Part shown: one piece after another, positions 9,168 to 18,439 of the stretch | Position numbering within the stretch: position 1 is the stretch's first letter | How the letters are laid out: every line of letters begins with the position of its first letter | NCBI GenBank assembly: GCA_023475235.1 | Contig: JAMCWG010000005.1 | Location: 7,046-71,045 of the forward strand | Reading direction: 5' to 3' | DNA from: Chloroflexota bacterium | GTDB lineage: Bacteria > Chloroflexota > UBA6077 > FW602-bin22 > JAMCWG01 | DNA length: 64,000 bases | Notes under the pieces: generated by a model | The model's database searches: none | Seen by the model: the letters and a program-made list of their open reading frames with translations, nothing else | Told to the model about the DNA's origin: nothing | Made by a program: the position numbers and the translations under genes

Positions 9168-10853
9168 CTATGTTATGCCCTCGCGGCAGCGGAAGGCCCG
9201 GTAGTCTATATCAGGGAACAGCTTGTCCGCCTCGGCCACTTCCCGGGCCCAGACCAGATCGGCCTGGGACGCGTGAGGGGAATCGGCGATAGCCGCCAGC
9301 CGGTAGAAGCGGTCCAGGTGCCCTTGAAAGCGGGAGGCAGCGTACTCCGCTGCCTGGCCGGTGGTGATCAGGAAGGGCCAGTCGCTGGACTGGAGCAACA
9401 ATAGCTCGCGGGCCGCCTGCGCCAGCACCTCTGCCCTGGCGCCAGCCGGCATCCGCCGGTGCGTCGCGACCATCTCCTCCATACGCCGCTCCGCGTCGTG
9501 CACGAGGGGCCATATCCATTCGGTATCTACATTCAGCCAGGTGAAATGGGTACCTCCCTGTCCCCAGGAGCTCTCCGGCAGGGCCAGGACATCCTCCGGC
9601 GGATGGGCCTCCAGGTAGGCGCTGGCCGTGGTCAGCTCCACCACCTCGCTCTGGCAAAGGCGGCGCAGCGTCTGCTTCAGCCATTCCACCCCCTCAAACC
9701 ACCAGTGGCCGAACAGCTCCGTGTCGTACGCGGCGACGATGATGCCATGCTCGCCGCTCTCCTGCCTGAATTCGTGTAGCAATTCCTCCACCAGCGACGC
9801 GTAATGGGAGCTATGCCACGCCACCATGCTCATTGCGGCCTCGGGATGGTAGAAGTCCTTGTCCCCGAGATCGACCTCGGCGCCGGTGACCCGCCAGTAA
9901 TTGAGCCCGGAGCCGCCGTCCCGCTTGTGGAAGTCGCGGTACTGGAACTCGCCCGGATAGCCGTGCTGGGCCGACCACACCTGCATGCCGGTGCGGTTGT
10001 TGCGGCCTAGCACCGCCACTTCGGGCGACTGCACCCAGTAAGGTAGGTACGTCGTCTTGCGCGTCGGCTCCCGATAGCCGGCGATAGGCACCAGGTAGCG
10101 GCGAGGGATATCCCCGTAGGGGCCGATGGCGTCGCCGCGGGCCTTGCCCACCGGCTCGCCGCCCTCCACCGTGTGCGTCTCGGCGAAGAAGCATCCCAGG
10201 TCCTGCTCGGCCAGGAAGCGCTCGAGGCCGGGCTTCAGTATCCGCCGGCCCTCTTCCTCGGCATAGTAGGCCGGCCGGTAGGCGCACTCCGGCAGCCAGA
10301 TATCCCGGGGCGCCCGCCCCATAAGCCGCCGGTATGACTGGACTCCGACGGCCAACTGGCCGTGGATGGACGAATCGCGGCTTAACAGGGGCAGATAGCC
10401 GTGGGTGGCGGCGCTGGTCAGGACCTCGATGTAGCCTTCGTCTTGCAGGCGGCGGAAGGCGCCGACGATGTCGCCGCCGAAGCGGTCGGTGAAGCCGGCC
10501 AACAGCCGCTCGAAGTACGCGACGTAGAACGGCGCCAGCGACGAGCGGGGATCATCCGACGAGAACCGACGGGTGTCGCCCTCTGCCCGGCCCAGTTGCT
10601 CGTTCAGGTAGACCTGGAAGTGCGAAAGCACCAGTGGATCGGCCAGTTGCTCCATCAGGACGGGCGTTATGCCGAGGGTCAGGTGAAAGCGACAGCCTTC
10701 CTCCCGCAAATCGTAAAGTGCGTCCAGAAGCGGCAGGTAGCTCTCAGAAGCCGCCTGATGTATCCATTCTTCGCCGTGGGGCCAGCGGCCGGCCTGCCGG
10801 CAATAGGGAATGTGGCTGTGCAGAACGAACGTGAAAGCGCCCCGCCGTCCCAT
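9168..10853 (-). CDS. GH57-family 1,4-alpha-glucan branching enzyme
   Basis: N-terminus FTFVLHSHIPYCRQAGRWPHGEEWIHQAASESYLPLLDAL is typical of GH57 branching enzymes. Its ATG overlaps the glgC stop (TGATG). Confidence 0.85.
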   Translation of the reverse strand: MGRRGAFTFVLHSHIPYCRQAGRWPHGEEWIHQAASESYLPLLDALYDLREEGCRFHLTLGITPVLMEQLADPLVLSHFQVYLNEQLGRAEGDTRRFSSDDPRSSLAPFYVAYFERLLAGFTDRFGGDIVGAFRRLQDEGYIEVLTSAATHGYLPLLSRDSSIHGQLAVGVQSYRRLMGRAPRDIWLPECAYRPAYYAEEEGRRILKPGLERFLAEQDLGCFFAETHTVEGGEPVGKARGDAIGPYGDIPRRYLVPIAGYREPTRKTTYLPYWVQSPEVAVLGRNNRTGMQVWSAQHGYPGEFQYRDFHKRDGGSGLNYWRVTGAEVDLGDKDFYHPEAAMSMVAWHSSHYASLVEELLHEFRQESGEHGIIVAAYDTELFGHWWFEGVEWLKQTLRRLCQSEVVELTTASAYLEAHPPEDVLALPESSWGQGGTHFTWLNVDTEWIWPLVHDAERRMEEMVATHRRMPAGARAEVLAQAARELLLLQSSDWPFLITTGQAAEYAASRFQGHLDRFYRLAAIADSPHASQADLVWAREVAEADKLFPDIDYRAFRCREGIT

Positions 10854-12148
10854 CAGCCCGCAGCGCCGTAGCGGGTGAATACCTCTACGCCTCCAGCCAC
10901 CACCGTCTCTCCACTGCGCACGAGGTCGCGCGCGAAGTCCCCCTCACGGGCACCTGGCGTGACCTTGCAGTTGCGACCGATACGTACCCCGGCCGGGATG
11001 CGGGCCCGCTTCCCAACTAAAGTTATGCCCGTGGCAAGGTAGTTGGGCTCGTCGCGATTGGGAGTGAAGTCGTTGCCGAAGCCCAGGTGGGCGCCCGGTC
11101 CGATCCAGACTTCTTCGTCAATGATACATCGATCAATCACCGTCTCTTCACCTATCACAGAATCATCGAAGATGATGGAGTCTTCCACGACGGCGCCCTC
11201 CTGCACCACCACACCGGGGGATAGCACCGAGCGACGCACTTCGCCGTAGATGACGCAGCCATTGGACAAGAGACATTGGCCCACCTTCGCCCGGGGGCCG
11301 AGGCGCGCCGGGGGGCGCTCGACGTTCTTGGTACGCAGCAGCGCTTCCGGGTCGTGAAGGTCGAACTCCGGCCCGTCGTCCAGGAGGTCCATGTTCGCCT
11401 GCCAGTACGACTCTACAGTGCCAACATCCCGCCAGTAGCCGGGGAAGCGAAAGGCGAATACCCGATCGCGGTTGATCATAGCCGGAATGATGTCCCTGCC
11501 GAAGTCGTAGGAGGAGCGGCGGCGAATGTTTTCCTCCAGCCGGCTGATGAGCGTCTGGGGATTGAAGACGTAGATGCCCATCGAGGCCAGATTGGACTGC
11601 GGGTGGTCCGGCTTCTCGTGGAACTCTACCACCTGATCGGTATCATCCAGCGTCAGTATTCCGTAGCGGCTGGTCTCGTCCAGCGGCACCTGGACCACGC
11701 CGATGGTGAGGTCCGCTTCCTTGTAGCGATGGAACGCCAGCATCTCATCATACCGCATGCGGTAAACGTGGTCGCCGGCCAGGATCAGGATTTGCTCTGC
11801 CCGCTGCTCCCCGATGAAGTCCATGTTCTGGTAAACGGCATCGGCGGTGCCCTTGTACCAATCGGCGTAGTTTCGGGCACGATAGGGCGGCAGCAGCACT
11901 ACGCCCGCGTTGCTGCGGTCCAGGTCCCACGGCCTGCCGATGCCGATGTGCTCGGACAACGATCGAGGGCGATACTGTGTGAGCACGCCGACCTTGAGGA
12001 TACCGGAGTTAACACAGTTGCTCAGCGTAAAGTCGATGAGGCGGTACTTCCCGCCGAAACAGACCGCCGGCTTGGCCCGCTGCTCGGATAGAATGCTCAG
12101 ACGGTCCCCCTGCCCACCTGCCAGCACAAGCGCCAGTACGCGATCCAT
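10853..12148 (-). CDS. glgC: Glucose-1-phosphate adenylyltransferase
   Basis: LALVLAGGQGDRLSILSEQRAKPAVCFGGKYRLIDFTLSNCVNSGI nucleotidyltransferase motif plus a C-terminal left-handed beta-helix region. The ATG at 12148 is preceded by GGAGGT with a 7-nt spacer. The ORF extends to 12262, but that extension looks spurious. Confidence 0.9.
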   Translation of the reverse strand: MDRVLALVLAGGQGDRLSILSEQRAKPAVCFGGKYRLIDFTLSNCVNSGILKVGVLTQYRPRSLSEHIGIGRPWDLDRSNAGVVLLPPYRARNYADWYKGTADAVYQNMDFIGEQRAEQILILAGDHVYRMRYDEMLAFHRYKEADLTIGVVQVPLDETSRYGILTLDDTDQVVEFHEKPDHPQSNLASMGIYVFNPQTLISRLEENIRRRSSYDFGRDIIPAMINRDRVFAFRFPGYWRDVGTVESYWQANMDLLDDGPEFDLHDPEALLRTKNVERPPARLGPRAKVGQCLLSNGCVIYGEVRRSVLSPGVVVQEGAVVEDSIIFDDSVIGEETVIDRCIIDEEVWIGPGAHLGFGNDFTPNRDEPNYLATGITLVGKRARIPAGVRIGRNCKVTPGAREGDFARDLVRSGETVVAGGVEVFTRYGAAG

Positions 12149-12651
12149 CCTGGTTACCTCCATTCCCAAGCCAGGAGGTCGCAGCAAGTTTCCCTCTTGC
12201 ATCGGACACCTTATAGATGGACTTCCCGGCACGCGCGAACGCGCGTGCCCGCTACTGTTCACTGATCGGCTACCTCAGCAACAAAACAAAGCGAGGCACT
12301 GACTTATGCCTCGCTGTCAAACGCTTAGAAGCCCACCGCGTGCCCTGCGGGTCGGACCTTAGTGCTTGCCGACACTGGGGAACTGCCCTTCACGATCATC
12401 CTCACACCACAGCTTCACCAGGTCGGCTCGCAATCACTCAGGGCTGATGGCTGACCCGATTCCAAGATAGCACAGGCGCTTCACGGAGTCAACACCAAGT
12501 TAAAGTTGGGTTATGTGCCTACCATGTGTGCGCTTGTACCCTTAGCTCTGTGACCAAAGTGCTCGTTTACATGTTACATTCAGTTGGTGCGACCGCGTCC
12601 GCGCGCGTCGCACCAACCACAGCCAAAATGCCTTATAATATACCCCTGGCG

Positions 12652-12752
12652 CTGAACTCCCTTCTCCCCCCCCTGGGAGAAGGGTCGGGGATGAGGGTAG
12701 ATCGCCCTCACCCTAACCCTCTCCCAGAGGGAGAGGGAACCGTCATTGTTCA
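12652..12752. repeat. REP-like imperfect palindromic element made of three consecutive short hairpins
   Basis: Hairpins CCTTCTCCC/GGGAGAAGG, TGAGGG/CCCTCA and CCCTCTCCC/GGGAGAGGG, flanked by CTGAAC ... GTTCAG. Intergenic, between glgC and the MFS gene. Confidence 0.5.
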
Positions 12753-12889
12753 GGAATTGGTAAGGGCTAATGCTTTGGCAAGGAGACGATGCCTGGGCTT
12801 TAGCTGCTGTGCCGGCTTGACCGGCCGCCTGGCGAGGCAAAGCGCTCCCGGTGGGCAGCGGCGGGCAAATCCTTCGGGGAACGGCGAGG

Positions 12890-14203
12890 ATGGCAGAGGG
12901 CGTGACATGTGAACAAGAAGCGAGGCAACGGCTCGACCTCGCGTCGCTGGCACTCTGCCTGCTGGGCAACTTTCTTCTGCGGGGCGCGGCCGCCGCGGCG
13001 GGTACCCTCATCTCGCTACACCTGGCCTCGCTGCAGAGCTCGGGCGCCCGCGTGCCGGCGCAGGTGGTCGGGCTGGCCGCAATGTTCTTCTACTCAGCCG
13101 AGCTGGTCGGATCGCCGGCTTTCGGCACCCTCAGCGATGTCAAAGGACGCCGGCCCTTCATGGTGCTCGGCCCAGTCCTCGGCGGCGTGGCCGTCCAGTT
13201 CATCCTGCTTGCACCCACCATCCCTTTAGTGCTGCTGTCGCGTTTCTTACAGGGACTTTCCACGGCGAGCTCGGTCCCGTCCACCCTGAGCTATCTCTCA
13301 GCCGAGACCGCCCACTCGGAGAAGCTGCGCGGGCGGGTGATGAGCGCGTTTGAGGTGGCAACCATCATGGGAATAGCCAGCGGGTTCGCCACCGGCGGCA
13401 TCCTGTGGGACGCGCTCCATCATTCCGGCTTCGTGGCTGTGATCGGCATTTACGTTCTCAGCGGCCTGCTCCTATGGTCCGTCAGAGACAAGCGCGTCGT
13501 CGGCGTGGGCAGGCGGATAGTGGGACAATGGACCGCCGTCCTGCGGTCCACGTCGGCGCTGCGGCTGATTCCGGCCTGGGTATCCGTCAACGCTATCGTG
13601 GGGCTCTGGTTCAGCCAGCTAGACTTTCAGATGGGCAAGACCGACGACCCTAGCCAGCTACTGGTGGGAGGCTTCACGGGGCGGGAGATCGGCCTCTATA
13701 CCGCCGGCCTGGCCATGCTCTTCGTTATCGGCATCTCACTCTGGGCATTCGCCTTCGGACGTCTGCGCTCTACCCAGATAATGGCCATCGCCCTGGCCGG
13801 CCTCTTCGCCCTGGTGCTGGCGATGCTGCTCCTCAATCACTCCCCTGAAGGGGACAGTGCCCGCATACTGACACTGGTGGGCCTGGTATGCGCTGCTGTG
13901 CTGATTGTGAGCGGATTCACACCGGCGGCGTTGGTCTACCTGGGAGGGCTGGCCGAGGAGTGCCCCGGCATTCGGGGCAGTATAATGGGGCTGTACTCCG
14001 TCTTCCTCGGCGTCGGCCAGTTCGTCGGCAGCGGCGTCGGCGGGTTCTTCGCCGAATGGCGAGGCGTCGACGGGATGATCATTCTGACGGCCATCTTCGG
14101 GGCGATTGCTGCTATGTGCGTGGCAACGCTCATTCGCGGCGAGAACGCCAGCGGTGCAACCGTGTCCTTCGAGGCAGCCCCACTGCCGCCCGGCCGGCCC
14201 TGA
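12890..14203 (+). CDS. MFS transporter
   Basis: About 12 hydrophobic segments and an MFS signature-like loop GTLSDVKGRRPFMVLG. Start is ambiguous (GTG 12851 or ATG 12890). Confidence 0.75.
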   Translation: MAEGVTCEQEARQRLDLASLALCLLGNFLLRGAAAAAGTLISLHLASLQSSGARVPAQVVGLAAMFFYSAELVGSPAFGTLSDVKGRRPFMVLGPVLGGVAVQFILLAPTIPLVLLSRFLQGLSTASSVPSTLSYLSAETAHSEKLRGRVMSAFEVATIMGIASGFATGGILWDALHHSGFVAVIGIYVLSGLLLWSVRDKRVVGVGRRIVGQWTAVLRSTSALRLIPAWVSVNAIVGLWFSQLDFQMGKTDDPSQLLVGGFTGREIGLYTAGLAMLFVIGISLWAFAFGRLRSTQIMAIALAGLFALVLAMLLLNHSPEGDSARILTLVGLVCAAVLIVSGFTPAALVYLGGLAEECPGIRGSIMGLYSVFLGVGQFVGSGVGGFFAEWRGVDGMIILTAIFGAIAAMCVATLIRGENASGATVSFEAAPLPPGRP

Positions 14204-14229
14204 GGGACGGGTGTTCGGCCCGGTGTCTA

Positions 14230-16497
14230 TCAGCGCTCCCGGCGCGACCCTCGCCCCAGGCCCGGCGCCGTCGTTATCAGCAGCACGAGAAAGGCGCCCA
14301 GGCTGAGACCGGTGGCGAGCAGGCCCAGGCGAAAGGACAGAGGGTCGTAGGACATGACCAGGCGATGGGTGCCGGCGGGAAGCTCCACGGCCCGGAAGGC
14401 CAGGTCAGCACGATAGATGTCGACCGGCCGGCCGTCGAGGGTCGCCTGCCAGCCGGGATAGTATGCCTCGCTCAGCACCAGGATGCCGTCGTCGGTAGTC
14501 ATCGCCTCCAGATCGAGGCGTTGCGGGCCGTACTCCAGCCACCGCACCTGCTGGTCGCGCGGCCCGTCAGGACCGGTCACCGCCAGCCCCGGCTCTCTCT
14601 CTAGCACTGCGGTCTTGGCCGGATTGAACTGCCGCGCCAGCACTGCTTCCAGGGCGGCCGCATCGTCTTCGATGGCCCGCACATCCCGCACCACCCAGGC
14701 GCGGGGAAGGGGATACGCCATACGGTAGGTGTTGAGGTCGCCTTCCTGCCCGACGCGCTCGGTGCCCGCCCCCAGCTCGGACCTGGTGAGGATGTACTGC
14801 ACATTGAACAACTGCCAGAGGCGCCATTCCTGCTCGGAGGCCAGCAGCGGCAGTATCCAGCGGCTGACCATCGGGCTGTCGCCGGCCGGGTTCTGGATAC
14901 CCAGCAGGATGGCCTCGTTGGGGGCGAAGACCACCTGGTCGCCTGCCCGTACCCGGTAGGGCTGGCCAGCCTGGGGAAGGGCCGCCGCCGCGGCGACGGT
15001 GGCAGGCGATAGGTCGGGCGGGTGGGCGTCGAGGTTGTTCTGGCCGTTCACCACGAACAAGTCGATCCCGGCCAGCAGGACAAGGGCCGCGCCCTGGAGG
15101 CCGCGCCAGGGCGACGCTGGCCGCCACCAGAGGAGGGCGATGCTGACCAGGGCGAGCGGCAGGAAGAAGGCATAGACAGTGAAGAGATTGCGGGCGTCGG
15201 GCGACCCGCGGCCGATGGGTTCCATCAAGGCGGCCATAGCTGCCGCGCCCGCCAGCACCCCCAGTGCCGCCGCGAGCGCCCATCGGGTGGATAGGCTCTT
15301 CCCGGCGAAGAGGGCCGCGGCGCCGTAGCCGGCCAGCACCGCCCCCGCCAGGGAGAATAAGTATATAGCCCGCTCCTGGTCTTTGAAGAGAGCGAAGCCG
15401 GGAACGAAGCGATAGAGGGCCGTGAAGAGGGGGGTGCGGTCGCCGAGGGACATCACCAGGGCCAGCAGGCCGAGGCCGGCCCAGAAGCCGGCGGACCTTC
15501 CACGAGCGCGCATGGCCAGCAGGGCGACCGACAGCGCCAGTATGCCGATGTATGGTCCTCGCTCCGTCCGCCAGAGGGGCAGAAAGGTATTCAGTAGCGA
15601 AGCGTAGTCGTAGCCGTGGCCGGCGACGTGGTACGCCAGCGGCTCCCGGTTGGAGAGGGAGAGGAACTCGGCCGTGGGCAAGAGCTGTACGGCTGCGATG
15701 CCGGCGGCGAAGCCGAGGAGACCGGCCAGGCCCAGGGCGGCGCGCCGCAGTTCCAAACGCGCTCCCCAGGCGCGATAGGCGAAGTACGCCAGCGAGGCGT
15801 AGAATGCCAGCAGCCAGGTCTGAGGATGCCCGGCCAGCAGGGCTACCCCCAGGGCCACGCCGGCCGCCGCGTGCCATGCCGTCCGGCCGCGACTCCGACA
15901 GCCGCGCTCGATAGCGTACAATGCCAGCGGCAGCCAGATAGCGGTCTCCAATATAGGGAGCTGCTGCACCGGATAGGAGGTCAGGAAGCCCCCCATAGTG
16001 AAGGCGAGCCCTCCTACGACGCCCGCCAGCCGGCTACGGGCCAGCGTGTGCACCAGGAGATAAGTGAAGGTGGCGGCCAGGAGGAAGTCTCCGACGACCT
16101 GCCATTCCAGGGCCAGGAACGGCAGGCCCTGCCGGCCCGCCACCAGGCTTACCAGCAGCCCTAGGGGATAGAACACGGCCGTCTGGGGGTCGGCCTGGAA
16201 GGGATGGCCGGCGTAAATGTGGGGGTTCCACAGGGGGAAGCGGCCGGCGGCCAGCTCCCGGGCGGTGTAGACGTGGAACGGGTAGGCCTGGTGGGTGAAA
16301 TCGCCGGCGGCGATGTAGGAGCGCGCCGTCACATCTGGGGTGATGAGCGGCCAGAAGAAGGCCAGGACGGCGCTCCACAGCACGAACAACGGCGCCACCT
16401 CGACGATGGCCGCTCTGGCGCGGGAGCCGAGAGGCATGGACGGCGCGTCAGGCAAGGCGTGTCCCAGTCGAGTGGCTAACCACTGCTGCCCGTCCAC
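14230..16497 (-). CDS. YfhO-like polytopic membrane protein (putative glycosyl/glycopolymer transferase)
   Basis: 755-aa ORF. N-terminal pattern GDFTHQAYPFHVYTARELAAGRFPLWNPHIYAGHPFQADPQTAVFYPL is typical of the YfhO family. Many TM segments, then a C-terminal soluble domain and a final TM. Confidence 0.7.
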   Translation of the reverse strand: MDGQQWLATRLGHALPDAPSMPLGSRARAAIVEVAPLFVLWSAVLAFFWPLITPDVTARSYIAAGDFTHQAYPFHVYTARELAAGRFPLWNPHIYAGHPFQADPQTAVFYPLGLLVSLVAGRQGLPFLALEWQVVGDFLLAATFTYLLVHTLARSRLAGVVGGLAFTMGGFLTSYPVQQLPILETAIWLPLALYAIERGCRSRGRTAWHAAAGVALGVALLAGHPQTWLLAFYASLAYFAYRAWGARLELRRAALGLAGLLGFAAGIAAVQLLPTAEFLSLSNREPLAYHVAGHGYDYASLLNTFLPLWRTERGPYIGILALSVALLAMRARGRSAGFWAGLGLLALVMSLGDRTPLFTALYRFVPGFALFKDQERAIYLFSLAGAVLAGYGAAALFAGKSLSTRWALAAALGVLAGAAAMAALMEPIGRGSPDARNLFTVYAFFLPLALVSIALLWWRPASPWRGLQGAALVLLAGIDLFVVNGQNNLDAHPPDLSPATVAAAAALPQAGQPYRVRAGDQVVFAPNEAILLGIQNPAGDSPMVSRWILPLLASEQEWRLWQLFNVQYILTRSELGAGTERVGQEGDLNTYRMAYPLPRAWVVRDVRAIEDDAAALEAVLARQFNPAKTAVLEREPGLAVTGPDGPRDQQVRWLEYGPQRLDLEAMTTDDGILVLSEAYYPGWQATLDGRPVDIYRADLAFRAVELPAGTHRLVMSYDPLSFRLGLLATGLSLGAFLVLLITTAPGLGRGSRRER

Positions 16498-16509
16498 CCG
16501 CTCACCCGG

Positions 16510-17259
16510 CTAGTCCGGCCATCGCAGGCCCAAGCCGTCTCGCCGCAGGCTCTTGAAGGAGCCGCGGCCGATGATGATGTGGTCCAGAACCTTGATGTCG
16601 AGCTGCTTGCCCGCTTCTATCGCCTGGGCCGTGAGCCGCAGGTCCTCCGGCGAGGGCGTGGGGTCGCCGGAGGGATGGTTGTGGGCCAGGACCAGGCTCG
16701 GGCAATTCTGGCGGGCGGCGTCGCGGAATAGCTCGGCCATCCGCACCACGGCCCCGCTCACGTTGCCGCGGTAGACCGTAGGTCTATCCACTACCCGGTG
16801 CTTGTTGTCCAGCAGGACTACCTTGAGGCACTCCTGGTCCTCGTGCTCCAGGTCCAGCCGCAGCAGCTCGGCCACGTTCTCCGGAGAGCTGATAGCGTAG
16901 CTGCGGTCGGGAGCGGCCTCGACCTGCAGGCGACGGCCCAGCTCGAGGGCCGCCTTTACCTGAGCCACCTTGGCCGGGCCCAGTCCGGGCACGCCGTCGC
17001 ATAGTTCCTTGGTCGAGGCCTTCCGGATGTCGTCGAGGCGCCGGAAGTGACTGAGCAGCTTGCTCGCCATCTCGGTGACCGGCTGGCCGGGGATGCCGGT
17101 GCGAAGGATGATGGCCAGCAGCTCGGCGTTGGAGAGGGCGGCTGGCCCCTGCTCCAGGAGACGCTCCCGCGGGCGCTCTCCTGCCGGCATATCCTTGACG
17201 GTGTACCGGTACTCGGGTGCCTGCTCCCTCTCGCTGATACCCCGGCGCGGTCGTGGCAT
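16510..17259 (-). CDS. radC: RadC-family JAB-domain protein
   Basis: ERPRERLLEQGPAALSNAELLAIILRTG (HhH region) and JAMM motif LAHNHPSGDPTPSPEDL. AGGAGG SD lies 6 nt upstream of the ATG. Confidence 0.9.
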   Translation of the reverse strand: MPRPRRGISEREQAPEYRYTVKDMPAGERPRERLLEQGPAALSNAELLAIILRTGIPGQPVTEMASKLLSHFRRLDDIRKASTKELCDGVPGLGPAKVAQVKAALELGRRLQVEAAPDRSYAISSPENVAELLRLDLEHEDQECLKVVLLDNKHRVVDRPTVYRGNVSGAVVRMAELFRDAARQNCPSLVLAHNHPSGDPTPSPEDLRLTAQAIEAGKQLDIKVLDHIIIGRGSFKSLRRDGLGLRWPD

Positions 17260-17306
17260 TCTCGACCTCCTGAGAGCTTATGCTACTACTTTCACACTAG
17301 AACAGC

Positions 17307-17334
17307 TAGACACCCGCCCGCAAACTGGTATAAT
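17307..17334 (+). promoter_or_regulatory. Sigma-70-like promoter with extended -10
   Basis: TAGACA (17307-17312), 16-nt spacer, TGgTATAAT with TATAAT at 17329-17334. The ATG of the downstream small gene is at 17345, so the transcript would be nearly leaderless. Confidence 0.4.
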
Positions 17335-17344
17335 ACCCTTTGCT

Positions 17345-17578
17345 ATGGATAGGTTCGTCGAACTGGTAAAACGTCATCCGATGCTGACCGCCTGGGTGGC
17401 ACTCAGCATCGGAATGGTAGCTATCCTGCTATATACGGCCAAGGATGTGGAGCTGCTCCCCACTCAGCGACTGGCCCTGGTCCTGGCCACGATCGGCCTG
17501 GCCGGGGCATGCGTCTGGATACTGAGCTGGGACTCGGACGAGGACGCGTCTCCGGACGCCGGCGAGCCGCCCAAGTAG
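17345..17578 (+). CDS. Small membrane protein (two predicted TM helices), hypothetical
   Basis: MDRFVELVKRHPMLTAWVALSIGMVAILLY ... LALVLATIGLAGACVWILSW, with an acidic tail. The longer ORF from 17060 overlaps radC antisense and I reject it. Confidence 0.5.
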   Translation: MDRFVELVKRHPMLTAWVALSIGMVAILLYTAKDVELLPTQRLALVLATIGLAGACVWILSWDSDEDASPDAGEPPK

Positions 17579-17582
17579 CAGG

Positions 17583-18380
17583 CTAGCTCTCGATCCGCTC
17601 GATCCGGTAACGGAGCTTGCCGCCGGGGGTAACGACTTCCACCTCTTCGCCCGGCGCCCGGTCCAGGAGCGCTTTGCCCACGGGAGAGGCGATCGATATC
17701 TTCGCCTCGCGGGCGTTCGCCTCTCGGCTGTCCACCAGCATATAGGTGTGCTGGCGATTGCGCGCCAGATCGCAGACCACCACGCGGCTGCCGATTCCGG
17801 CCCGCTCTCGGTGAGCGCCGTTATCGGTTACCTCGGCGTGGCCGAGGACAGCCTCCAGCTCGCGGATGCGAGCCTCCACCAGCCCCTGGTGCTGCTTGGC
17901 GGCATCGTAACCGGCGTTCTCCCGGATGTCCTTGTCCAGGCGTGCGTTGTACAGGTCCTGAGCGACCTTGACCCGCTCCACTTTGACCAGGTGGTCGAGC
18001 TCCTCCCGCAGCTTGGCGTAGCCCTCAGCGGATAGCGACACCGTCTCGGGAACGACAGCCTCCGATCTGGCGTCCTGGTCCTTCTTCTTCGTGCGGGGAA
18101 CGCGCACGAACTTCGCCAGATTCTTGTCCAGGTATCCCTTGCTCTTCGCGAAGGTGAGCAGCGCTTTGAAGGGGACCAGGCGTTGGGCGGGCTGGGCACC
18201 CTCCGCCTCAACCTGGGCCTGGTATTTCTCCACATCCAGACCCCCAAAGCTCGAAAAAGGCCGATCAAGGCCGAACCACCGTACTATGCGGAGTATTTCT
18301 GGCTGCTGGATGGCGCGCTCCTGTGGGTCAAGGCTGGCGATGTACTGCGCCGCCACATCCGCAATGGTCATATCATACAT
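17583..18380 (-). CDS. GreA/GreB-family transcript cleavage factor with about 105-aa N-terminal extension
   Basis: C-terminal 155 aa: LSAEGYAKLREELDHL ... ENAGYDAAKQHQGLVEARIRELEAVL ... ISIASPVGKALL ... GEEVEV (GreA coiled coil plus FKBP-like domain). GAGGAGGA SD precedes the ATG at 18380. Confidence 0.8.
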   Translation of the reverse strand: MYDMTIADVAAQYIASLDPQERAIQQPEILRIVRWFGLDRPFSSFGGLDVEKYQAQVEAEGAQPAQRLVPFKALLTFAKSKGYLDKNLAKFVRVPRTKKKDQDARSEAVVPETVSLSAEGYAKLREELDHLVKVERVKVAQDLYNARLDKDIRENAGYDAAKQHQGLVEARIRELEAVLGHAEVTDNGAHRERAGIGSRVVVCDLARNRQHTYMLVDSREANAREAKISIASPVGKALLDRAPGEEVEVVTPGGKLRYRIERIES

Positions 18381-18439
18381 ATACTTTCCTCCTCTTGACT
18401 ATACGAATTATAGCCGAGACGAAGGCAGGCGGGCAATTG

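Noticed and set aside
12263-12520. Possible regulatory RNA in the 370-nt region upstream of glgC
   Set aside because: I could not identify a stable conserved-looking structure or a known motif by eye. It is left uncalled.
14567-15877. 436-aa alternative-frame ORF inside the YfhO-like gene (similarly 55408..56460 inside the permease genes)
   Set aside because: It is on the same strand but out of frame, with Arg/Pro/Gly-rich composition. The hydrophobic membrane-protein frames are the coherent ones.
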